Shown here piece by piece: positions 17,106 through 24,854 of a stretch of DNA of 24,854 nt. The position numbers and the translations under genes were made by a program. The notes beneath the pieces were generated by a model. That model saw only the letters and a program-made list of their open reading frames with translations, searched no databases and was not told the DNA's origin. The stretch is from Candidatus Hydrogenedentota bacterium (GTDB lineage Bacteria > Hydrogenedentota > Hydrogenedentia > Hydrogenedentales > GCA-2746185): NCBI GenBank assembly GCA_046583315.1, contig JAYGCN010000010.1, positions 1-24,854 on the forward strand, given 5' to 3'. The stretch's first letter is position 1, and every line of letters begins with the position of its first letter.

Positions 17106-18236
17106 TTATTTTCGTTTTCGATAGGGCTGACGTTTTTTCACGCTGAAGGTCTCAATGATAGTACCGTCGATTTCTGTCACCTTCATCGTGGCTTCTTCCT
17201 CACCCACGTCTACCGTGATGAGATGATTGACCTTCTTATACAAGATGGTCTCCGGCGCAGGTACATCGCCATCGTACAAGCCCGCACCGCCGCCACCAGA
17301 CGTTATCAACGTTACGCCATCGGCTTCGGCACGGTGATAATGGTGATCGTGACCGCAAATAATGGCCTGCACACCATGTTTCGAGAAGGTGTCACCCCAG
17401 AACTTCCGTCGGTCCTTGGCATCTTCCACGCGCCCGGACTTCAAACTGATGAGTGGCTGATGAAAAAAGGCGAAGACGTACCCGGCATCCTTGTGCAGAT
17501 CCAGCATGTTTTCGACCCATTCTTTTTGTTTCTCGAAATATTCTTTTTGATAGTTGTTCCAATAATAGTCGCTGTTCTTGACGTATTCGGGCTTGCCAAA
17601 GTCGGAGCCTTCGCTGTCGAGCATCAAAAACAATACATCGCCCACGAAAAACTCGTAGTAACGTTCGTTGCCCGGCAGGTTAAAGAACTCGAAATAGTAG
17701 TCCGCATCTTTTTCGTGGTTGCCGAGGACCGGGTAATACGGTGTGCCTCTCATCAGCTCGCGATTGATGTCAAAGAATATTTCCCAATCGTCAATTTCAA
17801 GTCCGTTTGCCACGAGGTCACCCGTATTGATAATCAATCGAGGCTCTTCCTTGATGGCTATATCGACAATCTTCTGGTGAATGACGGGATCGGAACGGGT
17901 GTCGCCGTACACGACAAAACGAAAGGGTTCGATGCCTTCTGAAAAGGTGCGGAATGTGCCTTTCCCGAAGTCCGAGCCATCTTTGAGCACGTCATAGGAG
18001 TATTCCGTGTCGGCATTCAGGCGGGTCAGTGGAAGTTCATGGTGGTCATAGAGACTCTTGCTCTTCTCGCCATTGGGGGTGACGAGCTGAACTTCGCCGG
18101 CGTGGGTTGACCAACAAATCACAGCACCGTCGTCGGTGATATTCTGGACGTAGGGTCCGAAAGCGATGGGATTGTCGGCAGCATAGGCGGCTACCGCGAA
18201 GCAAAACATCCAGGCATAAACGCTCAATCGAAGCAT
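17106..18236 (-). CDS. Secreted metallophosphoesterase (purple acid phosphatase-like) with an FN3-like N-terminal domain
   Basis: Signal peptide (AYA); GPYVQ...LNADTEYSY; motifs YGDTR, TGDLV, GNHE, FFH and GHDHHY. SD AAGGAG. Confidence 0.9.
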   Translation of the reverse strand: MLRLSVYAWMFCFAVAAYAADNPIAFGPYVQNITDDGAVICWSTHAGEVQLVTPNGEKSKSLYDHHELPLTRLNADTEYSYDVLKDGSDFGKGTFRTFSEGIEPFRFVVYGDTRSDPVIHQKIVDIAIKEEPRLIINTGDLVANGLEIDDWEIFFDINRELMRGTPYYPVLGNHEKDADYYFEFFNLPGNERYYEFFVGDVLFLMLDSEGSDFGKPEYVKNSDYYWNNYQKEYFEKQKEWVENMLDLHKDAGYVFAFFHQPLISLKSGRVEDAKDRRKFWGDTFSKHGVQAIICGHDHHYHRAEADGVTLITSGGGGAGLYDGDVPAPETILYKKVNHLITVDVGEEEATMKVTEIDGTIIETFSVKKRQPYRKRK

Positions 18237-18362
18237 GGTGGCACTCCTTATTATATGGAAATATGGCGTTGATTCACCCCGTTTCCGCCACTAAAAGGAT
18301 AATAGTAGCCCATGAACACGGATTGATTCCAGCGTAACCTCGGGCATAACGTGCGAATCGGC

Positions 18363-19214
18363 CTAGCGGGTGAAACTGTTGTACACGATATCGATCCAGC
18401 GGTTGGCGTTCACGAAACCTGTCCCGGCTTCAGCCCATTTGTCCGGCAATCCCTCCGCCTTGAGGGTCTTGCGATCTTTGCCGGCATCGATTCCCTTTTG
18501 AATATAGGCGGTCGAATCTTCGAGCAGCTTCAAGAATGATTTCAGGTCGTCCACATCCGCCAAGGGGCCGTGTCCTGGAATAATCGTAACATCCCTGGGC
18601 GCATGTTCAATCAACGCACGGACGTTTTCCATGTAATGACTCACGTTCCCGCCGCTGGGTTCATCGATAAAGGGGAAACGATCCACGAAGAAATGATCGC
18701 CGAGATGAATCACATTCGCTTTCGGAAAATACACGACAGAATCCGAGTCGGTGTGCCCCGCGGAGTAATGCTGCAGCTCAATGTCTTCGCCGTTGAAGTG
18801 CACGGTCGCCTTGTCTTCATAAGTGATCACGGGAAGGCTGTTTCGGAGTTCCGCGTCGCTCAGATCGCGGCGACCGATCATTCTCACCCGAACGTTGGTA
18901 TGACCAATCACGGGCGCTTCTTGCCCAAGCGCTTTGTTACCCCCGGTATGGTCACCGTGGAAGTGCGTGTTGATGATGAAATCGATTTCGCCTTTTTGAA
19001 TTTTTGCAATGGCATCGAGAATGGGCTCTGACATGTTGGCGTACTGGGTATCGATGATGAGTATACCGTCCTCGCCAACGGACAAGCCGATGTTTCCGCC
19101 CCGTCCTTCGAGCATATAGATGGAGTCGGTGATTTTATGGGTGGTGATGCCCTGACCGTAGGTGACACAGGAAATACTTAGTAGTGCGACGACAATTCCG
19201 ATTCGATTCAACAT
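18363..19214 (-). CDS. Secreted MBL-fold metallo-hydrolase (cyclase-like subgroup)
   Basis: THFHGDHTGGN (HxHxDH), GHTDSD, HLGD and IPGHG. Start moved from 19265 to ATG 19214, which has SD AAGGAG and begins a signal peptide. Confidence 0.9.
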   Translation of the reverse strand: MLNRIGIVVALLSISCVTYGQGITTHKITDSIYMLEGRGGNIGLSVGEDGILIIDTQYANMSEPILDAIAKIQKGEIDFIINTHFHGDHTGGNKALGQEAPVIGHTNVRVRMIGRRDLSDAELRNSLPVITYEDKATVHFNGEDIELQHYSAGHTDSDSVVYFPKANVIHLGDHFFVDRFPFIDEPSGGNVSHYMENVRALIEHAPRDVTIIPGHGPLADVDDLKSFLKLLEDSTAYIQKGIDAGKDRKTLKAEGLPDKWAEAGTGFVNANRWIDIVYNSFTR

Positions 19215-19383
19215 GCCTGGCTCCTTCAATTCTGGCTTAGCGATACCGTGATATGGACTGAACAATCAGACCAGCTTAATCCATTCCGCCCGCGTGTGCA
19301 AACAAACATCGATGAAAGAAAAACGGGGGTTCGCGCGTCAACTCTGAAACGCGAAAACAAGGCCGGCGGACGGGAGACATTGC

Positions 19384-19896
19384 ATGAATTATGTGTGTGC
19401 AACAATTGAGGTGCTCAAGGAGGGTGAAGGTGTCGTATCGCTCACGGCAATACAGAATTTTCTTGATGAGCACTGTAAAGAGGCGGTCGAGCTTGATGGG
19501 CTCCCGGTATATTGTGTGCTGACCTACGATCGGAGGGACGCGCCGTTCCGGGTATTTTCGCCCCACCATATTGCCTTGTCGTTATGGGAAGTGAAGGGGT
19601 TGACTCAGTATACGGGCATGGCCTTGACGCAGCATCTCACGCTGTATTTGAATCTGGCCCTGCTTCAACGAAAAGCCCTTTTCGCCAATCCGCTACTTAA
19701 GCAGGACGACTTTAATCATCCCAAGACGGAGCCGTGCCTGTTTCAACGGCCGGACACCATTGAGGAGTATGCGCGGCAATTGGAGGAGCCGACGGTGTGT
19801 GAGCCGTGTCGGGCTTTTTACCGTAGCCTGGGTTGTGAAGGGGAATTGGAGCAGTTTACGCACTATCGCTCAATACTCATGAAATCGGTCGAATAA
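19384..19896 (+). CDS. Hypothetical protein with an H-x5-C-LF...C-x2-C motif
   Basis: 170-aa ORF filling an otherwise empty gap, with SD GGAG. Contains HPKTEPCLF and CEPC. Confidence 0.7.
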   Translation: MNYVCATIEVLKEGEGVVSLTAIQNFLDEHCKEAVELDGLPVYCVLTYDRRDAPFRVFSPHHIALSLWEVKGLTQYTGMALTQHLTLYLNLALLQRKALFANPLLKQDDFNHPKTEPCLFQRPDTIEEYARQLEEPTVCEPCRAFYRSLGCEGELEQFTHYRSILMKSVE

Positions 19897-20029
19897 CCCT
19901 TTCCAGCAAGGATTTCCTGAGTTCGTGAAACAAACCGCCCCCACGCCGAGTCCAATCGGGTGAGAGCAATGCTGGGGACAATGTGCAATGTCTGCGCGGT
20001 CTTTGGCATACTACTAGGAAACCGGAACC

Positions 20030-20446
20030 ATGTTTGACCCTATGCTGGAAACCCATTACGACATACCCGATATTTACGTGCGCCGCTGGGCCAGCGCGTG
20101 CCACCTGTCGGCGCTTGCTGGAATCTTCTTCCCCGTTGCACCCATCATTCTTCCCTCGCTCATTTGGTACTTCAAACGCGACGAGCATTTCTACATTGAT
20201 GAGCAAGGTCGTGAGTCAGTAAATTTCCAACTTTCCATGACGCTTTACGGACTCATCGCGATGGCAGCCCTTTGGGCCCTCAAGATGATTTTCCTGGGTT
20301 ACTTCTTCGTCTGGGTTCCCGTACTCATCCACATCGCCCAGGTGTTGCTTGCCCTCATCGGAGCCCTTCGTGCCTACGATGGCGAAAAATTCCGGTACCC
20401 CTTCTCGATTCCGTTCATTGCACCTATGGACCGGGACGAAGATTAG
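20030..20446 (+). CDS. DUF4870-family membrane protein
   Basis: WASACHLS...PSLIW..KRDE..YIDEQGRESVNFQLS...A.DGEKFRYP. Candidate extended -10 TGGCATACT at 20004-20012. Confidence 0.9.
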   Translation: MFDPMLETHYDIPDIYVRRWASACHLSALAGIFFPVAPIILPSLIWYFKRDEHFYIDEQGRESVNFQLSMTLYGLIAMAALWALKMIFLGYFFVWVPVLIHIAQVLLALIGALRAYDGEKFRYPFSIPFIAPMDRDED

Positions 20447-21345
20447 TCGGTAGCCATTCCTACCCAGTCCTGCGGCTTGAGGTAGAAATTCGTCAGCTCA
20501 TATTCCGGTGTGCCCGCATCGGGACGGTAATCGTATCGCCACGTCGCGGTAGCGGGCAGAGACATCAGGATTGACTCCGTACGTCCTTTGGATTGCAAGC
20601 CGAAAATGGTACCGCGGTCATACACCAGATTGAACTCGACGTATCGTCCACGTCGATACAACAGGAAATCCCGCTGCGCATCCGTGTATTCCTTGTCGCG
20701 GTTGGCCTCAATGAAGGGGCCGTACAAATCGCGAAAGGCATAACCCAAATTCAACGCGTATTGGAAGTGTTTATCCAGATCCTCGCGAAGGTGGTCGAAA
20801 AAGATTCCGCCGACGCCGCGCATTTCATCGCGATGCGGCAGATAGAAGTATTCGTCACAGACTTTTTTATCGACTGCGTAATCGTGTCCAGAGGTATCGC
20901 AGACCTCCTTGAGCCGCTTGTGGAAATTGATGAGTTGTTCCTTCACGGGGTAGCACGGTGTCAAGTCGATCCCGCCTCCGAACCACGCCACATCCCCCGC
21001 TTCAAAATATCGAATGTTCGCGTGAATCGTCGGGATGTGAGGACTCCAGGGGTGAATCACCAAACTCACTCCTGTCGCCAGAAATTCGGTGCCTTCCGGG
21101 ATATCGAACTGCGTTGCGGCACTTTGGGGCAATGAACTACCTCGTATCGCCGAAAAATTCACGCCGCCCTTTTCAATGAGATCGCCGGGTTGACCTTCCC
21201 ACACGCGAGTGCGGCCGCCGCCGTTCCCTTTTTCGTATTCCCACAAGTCTTCGGCATAGGGACGACCGTTGTGTTCGTTTAGAAACTCGCAAATATCGTC
21301 CTGAACGTTCTTGAATCCCTCTTGTATGGTTTCCGCATTGGGCAT
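20443..21345 (-). CDS. hemF: Oxygen-dependent coproporphyrinogen III oxidase
   Basis: GGGRTRV, EKGGVNFS, ATGVSLVIHP..PHIPTIHANIRYF, WFGGGIDLTP, RGVGGIFFD and RRGRYVEFNLVYDRGTIFGLQS.GRTESILMSLP. Confidence 0.98.
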   Translation of the reverse strand: MPNAETIQEGFKNVQDDICEFLNEHNGRPYAEDLWEYEKGNGGGRTRVWEGQPGDLIEKGGVNFSAIRGSSLPQSAATQFDIPEGTEFLATGVSLVIHPWSPHIPTIHANIRYFEAGDVAWFGGGIDLTPCYPVKEQLINFHKRLKEVCDTSGHDYAVDKKVCDEYFYLPHRDEMRGVGGIFFDHLREDLDKHFQYALNLGYAFRDLYGPFIEANRDKEYTDAQRDFLLYRRGRYVEFNLVYDRGTIFGLQSKGRTESILMSLPATATWRYDYRPDAGTPEYELTNFYLKPQDWVGMATD

Positions 21346-21352
21346 TAAGGCA

Positions 21353-22024
21353 TTAATCCTTTTTCTTCAGCAGTGGGCGAATTGCGTCGTTCCAAATTTT
21401 GTAGCCCGCTGACGTCATGTGCAGTCCATCAGCAATAAACAACTCCTTCATGGGTTTCCCGTCTTTCCCAAGTATAGGTGTATCAATATCCAGGAATTCG
21501 ATGCGATCATCCTTCTCGCAGAGCTCAGTCCGAATCAACGTGTTGGCCTCGCGCATTTCATCGACCAGATTCCACCGGGCGATGCTGGGTTTGATGGCCA
21601 CGTAGATGATGCTGGTCTCGGGCAGCGCGTCGTGAATGATTCCGAATAATTCTTTGGTGTCGTCGAAAACATTCTCCGGAGTCTTCCCTCGGGCAATATC
21701 GTTGTCCCCAGCATAAATGACCACTTGGCGGGGTTCATATTTCAGGACGATGCGATCGGCGAACTCCACCGAATCCGACGTCTGCGATCCACCGAAGCCG
21801 CGATTAATGATGTCCCACTCGGGAAAATCCTTCGCAGTCTTCCAGAAAACAATGCTCGAACTGCCGACGAATACGATACTTCCCATGGCAGGTGGATTTT
21901 TCTCATCGGCCGCCTCGAATTTCTGGATAGAAGGCTCCCACCGACTCTCGGCCAGTACGTTCGATGTTGAACCAATGACACACAGGGCAACCAAAAACGA
22001 TTGAAGCCATCGACGCTGTCTCAT
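21353..22024 (-). CDS. Secreted SGNH/GDSL-family hydrolase
   Basis: Blocks FVGSSSI, NRGFGGS, YAGDND and DGLH. Start moved from 22084 to ATG 22024, which has SD AGGAGG and begins a signal peptide. Confidence 0.9.
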   Translation of the reverse strand: MRQRRWLQSFLVALCVIGSTSNVLAESRWEPSIQKFEAADEKNPPAMGSIVFVGSSSIVFWKTAKDFPEWDIINRGFGGSQTSDSVEFADRIVLKYEPRQVVIYAGDNDIARGKTPENVFDDTKELFGIIHDALPETSIIYVAIKPSIARWNLVDEMREANTLIRTELCEKDDRIEFLDIDTPILGKDGKPMKELFIADGLHMTSAGYKIWNDAIRPLLKKKD

Positions 22025-22109
22025 TATCACTCCTCCTGCCCACGCCCATTCAGTTCCGCGCGAGCCATGTGTTACATTAGTCATTCACAGATCAAGGAAT
22101 CAGGATACC

Positions 22110-23321
22110 ATGAGAAGATACGCCGTTACGATCTGCATTGCCTTATCCATATACGCCTTGTCCAGTACGTCCGCGACGGCCATGTCGCGTATCAGCACGT
22201 TGGAACAGACCCCCCTATTCGTCAGCGGCGAAAACGGCTACGACACCTACCGTATTCCGGCACTCGCTGTGACCAATGACGGTACGATTCTCGCCTTCTG
22301 CGAAGGCCGCATGGACGGACGCGGCGATGCGGGCAACATCGACATGCTTCTGAAGCGGTCGACCGATGGCGGCAAGACGTGGTCGAAACAACAGGTCATC
22401 TGGGATGACGATGGCAACACTTGCGGCAATCCTGCGCCTGTTGTGGATGCCGAGACCGGCACGATTCATCTGCTCATGACGTGGAATCGCGGGGATGACC
22501 ATGAGCGCGACATTATCGACGGGAAAAGCAAGGATACGCGTCGGGTGTATGTCACGCGCTCGACCGATGATGGTAAAACGTGGACTGACCCGAAAGAAAT
22601 CACATCGACAACAAAACTTTCCAACTGGACATGGTACGCGACGGGTCCCGGTGCAGGCATACAGCTTCAATCCCGGAAACATAAAAGTCGTCTTGTGATT
22701 CCCTGCGACCACATTCAAGCCGAGACGAAACATTATTATTCCCACGTCATCTATTCGGATGACCACGGCAAGACTTGGCAACTCGGCGGCACGACTCCTC
22801 ACCACCAAGTGAACGAATGCCAGGTCGTCGAACAATCCAACGGTAACCTCATGCTGAACATGCGCAACTACGACCGTGCGAACAAGCAGCGACAGGTGGC
22901 GATTAGTAAGGATGGCGGGGACACCTGGATCGATCAACACTTTGACCAAACACTTATCGAACCCATCTGCCAGGCGAGCATTCGGCGGATTGGGCCATCG
23001 AGGGGAAAGGGCAATGGACTCGTTCTTTTCTCAAATCCGGCGAGCGAAACCAAGCGCGAGAACATGACCGTGCGCATCAGTCGAAACAATGGAAAAACAT
23101 GGCCAGAGGAGCGCACGCTGGTGCTTTACGAAGGCCCAAGCGCCTATTCCGACTTGGCGATTCTCTCCGACGACACCTACGCGTGTCTATACGAGAGAGG
23201 AAACGAGAATCCATACGAGACGATTACATTTTCTACCTTTGAACTCATTGAATTTTCGGGGTACCTGCCCAATCAACCATCATTTAGATATTGGCTCAGA
23301 GAAATATTGTTTTTTCGGTAA
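22110..23321 (+). CDS. Secreted sialidase-family protein (GH33)
   Basis: YRIP motif, five Asp boxes (STDGGKTW, STDDGKTW, SDDHGKTW, SKDGGDTW, SRNNGKTW), NEC, MR, AYSDL, and a signal peptide. Confidence 0.93.
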   Translation: MRRYAVTICIALSIYALSSTSATAMSRISTLEQTPLFVSGENGYDTYRIPALAVTNDGTILAFCEGRMDGRGDAGNIDMLLKRSTDGGKTWSKQQVIWDDDGNTCGNPAPVVDAETGTIHLLMTWNRGDDHERDIIDGKSKDTRRVYVTRSTDDGKTWTDPKEITSTTKLSNWTWYATGPGAGIQLQSRKHKSRLVIPCDHIQAETKHYYSHVIYSDDHGKTWQLGGTTPHHQVNECQVVEQSNGNLMLNMRNYDRANKQRQVAISKDGGDTWIDQHFDQTLIEPICQASIRRIGPSRGKGNGLVLFSNPASETKRENMTVRISRNNGKTWPEERTLVLYEGPSAYSDLAILSDDTYACLYERGNENPYETITFSTFELIEFSGYLPNQPSFRYWLREILFFR

Positions 23322-23340
23322 CACGAAAGGTTTATAAAAA

Positions 23341-24105
23341 ATGATAGATATCATCGTAACGCTCGGATTACTGGTTCTACTGCAGGCCGTCCTCGGCTTT
23401 GACAATCTGCTGTATATATCCCTGATGTCAAAGCGGGCTCCGGCAGAAGACCAGGCGAAGGTGCGGAAACTGGGAATAGGGATAGCCATATTCCTGCGCA
23501 TCGCGTTGTTGTTCATTCTCGTCTCACTTATCGACTACTTTCAGGAACCGTGGTTCGAGATCGACGCGGAAGGTATCTTCGTCGGGCATTACAATCTGCA
23601 CAGCATCATTGTGCTGGTCGGTGGCGCGTTCATTTTGTACACCTCCGTCAAGGAAATCATCCACATGATGACACTGGACGACCACGAGGGTGAAGATCGC
23701 TCTGCGCAATCCGCGGGCCGCGTCATCTTCACCATCGTCGTCATGAACCTCGTCTTCTCCTTCGACTCCATCCTCAGCGCGATGGCCCTGAGTGACAATA
23801 CCTACATCATGGCGACCGCGATCATCATCGGCGGCATGTTGATGATTTGGCTCGCGGACCACGTATCGACCTTCCTGCAGAAAAATCGGCTCTACGAAGT
23901 GCTCGGCCTGTTTATCCTCTTTGTCGTCGGCATTATGCTACTCACCGAAGGCGGACATCTCGCGCATATGGAGATTGCTGGTCAACCTATCAATCCGATG
24001 AACAAAATGACCTTCTATTTCGTGATTGCTGTTCTAGTGATGTGCGATGTAGTGCAAAGTCGCTATCAGCGCAAGCTCATGGCCGAAAAGGCGAAGGCCC
24101 ATTAG
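23341..24105 (+). CDS. TerC-family membrane protein
   Basis: LQAVLGFDNLLYI, GGAFILY..VKEI, MNLVFSFDSILSA and GLFILFVVGIMLL.EG. Confidence 0.92.
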   Translation: MIDIIVTLGLLVLLQAVLGFDNLLYISLMSKRAPAEDQAKVRKLGIGIAIFLRIALLFILVSLIDYFQEPWFEIDAEGIFVGHYNLHSIIVLVGGAFILYTSVKEIIHMMTLDDHEGEDRSAQSAGRVIFTIVVMNLVFSFDSILSAMALSDNTYIMATAIIIGGMLMIWLADHVSTFLQKNRLYEVLGLFILFVVGIMLLTEGGHLAHMEIAGQPINPMNKMTFYFVIAVLVMCDVVQSRYQRKLMAEKAKAH

Positions 24106-24141
24106 CCCGAAATGCGAGAACTAGCCCTTATTTCAGGATTC

Positions 24142-24150
24142 TGGTATAAT
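24142..24150 (+). promoter_or_regulatory. Consensus extended -10 promoter
   Basis: TGGTATAAT is a perfect TGnTATAAT in the gap after the terC-like gene. Confidence 0.7.
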
Positions 24151-24208
24151 CCCCTATGAATAATCGTTGTATAGAGGATGTTCCCTATACGACACTGTGG
24201 AGCCGACG

Positions 24209-24754
24209 ATGATTTATTACAAAACCAGCCAAGTAGTGCCCGGCAAGGGCGATGCCTGGATGTTCTATGAATGCAACGACGACCAGACGGTTCGCCGGTA
24301 CATGACCTATATCCCCGCGACACGTGAGCTGGACAAGGTGCCGAATCCCTTCATCAAGAAGTTGCAGCGCCCTGAGATGTTGCAACCTTGCGAGCAGGAG
24401 GAGTTCTACCAATATTGGCCGCAGGAAGATGATGCGCCAACGTCCCAGGAGACGGTCTCGGAACATCTCAAGGAACGTGGCGTGATCGCGCGAGTTCATT
24501 TTGATCCCGACATGACTGTAATCCAGGCCATGAACGTGCACGGAAAAGTAGCCGAGGTTTTCGCGGCCTTCCATCTCGGTGGATGTTCGAGTTGTGGCAT
24601 CAGCGAGATTGAAACCGTAGGGCAGGTCTGCATGGCCTATGGTGTAGACATAGACATGTTGCTTGACGTGCTTGAAGAATTAATGATCAACGAGCCGGAA
24701 CAGTCCGGCGCCCAAAAAGAAGAAGACGTCGTCGCAACAGCCGACGAATCCTAG
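24209..24754 (+). CDS. Two-domain protein: unknown N-terminal domain plus C-terminal DUF1858 (CxxC) domain
   Basis: PDMTVIQAM...VAEVFAAFHLGGCSSC..SEIETV...C..YGVDID.LL..L matches the DUF1858 pattern. Start moved to ATG 24209 (SD GGAG at 24199-24202). Confidence 0.8.
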   Translation: MIYYKTSQVVPGKGDAWMFYECNDDQTVRRYMTYIPATRELDKVPNPFIKKLQRPEMLQPCEQEEFYQYWPQEDDAPTSQETVSEHLKERGVIARVHFDPDMTVIQAMNVHGKVAEVFAAFHLGGCSSCGISEIETVGQVCMAYGVDIDMLLDVLEELMINEPEQSGAQKEEDVVATADES

Positions 24755-24778
24755 TTACCACAAAAGGAACACAGACTG

Positions 24779-24836
24779 ATGGAAGCAACCCAAACGCCAA
24801 ATACGCTGGTTACCGCGACATCCGATGCCGTAATCG
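24779..24836 (+). CDS. 5' fragment of a CDS, possibly a HesB/IscA-type Fe-S assembly accessory protein
   Basis: SD AAAGGA, then MEATQTPNTLVTATSDAVI. LVTATSDAV resembles the IscA-type ITLTxxA start, but only about 19 codons are available. Confidence 0.4.
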
Positions 24837-24854
24837 AGATCGGAAGAGCACACG
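24837..24854 (+). other. Illumina TruSeq adapter remnant (artefact)
   Basis: The last 18 nt, AGATCGGAAGAGCACACG, exactly match the start of the TruSeq adapter read-through sequence. Confidence 0.97.

Noticed and set aside
16539..17942. 467-aa antisense ORF spanning the acyl-CoA dehydrogenase and phosphoesterase genes
   Set aside because: Antisense shadow of two well-supported genes, with no motifs of its own.
18363..19214. MBL-fold gene as a beta-lactam resistance gene
   Set aside because: HxHxDH is shared across the superfamily, the sequence looks like the cyclase-like group, and there is no mobile context.
20443..20446. Overlapping stop codons of the DUF4870 gene and hemF
   Set aside because: A 4-bp convergent overlap is common and implies no special function.
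23260..23340. yybP-ykoY (Mn) riboswitch upstream of the terC-like gene
   Set aside because: The gap is only 19 bp and I see no GGGGAGUAG-type core.

Overview
A bacterial chromosomal contig with no mobile element, CRISPR array, tRNA or rRNA that I can detect. Taxonomy cannot be fixed from the sequence alone; a Hydrogenedentota/PVC-like lineage is only my impression. From left to right: a truncated Lys/Ala-repeat histone H1-like gene on the minus strand (missed by the ORF track) with a long, densely base-paired upstream region; the divergent ahcY; a secreted PPC-domain metzincin; a DUF2339 membrane protein; a co-oriented DNA-processing block (DprA-like, a 65-aa protein, Mre11/SbcD-like YhaO, Rad50-like YhaN); atuA with an acyl-CoA dehydrogenase; a metallophosphoesterase; an MBL-fold hydrolase; a Cys-motif hypothetical; DUF4870; hemF; an SGNH hydrolase divergent from a GH33 sialidase; TerC; a DUF1858 fusion; and a truncated ORF that runs into an Illumina adapter. 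The two best candidates for something undescribed are (1) the DprA/YhaO/YhaN block, where the ATPase has a transmembrane hairpin at the coiled-coil midpoint instead of a zinc hook and the DprA ends in a clamp-binding-like motif (QVDLF), and (2) a roughly 300-nt multi-domain structured element upstream of the histone-like gene. Family calls rest on motifs recognised by eye; no searches or folding programs were run.
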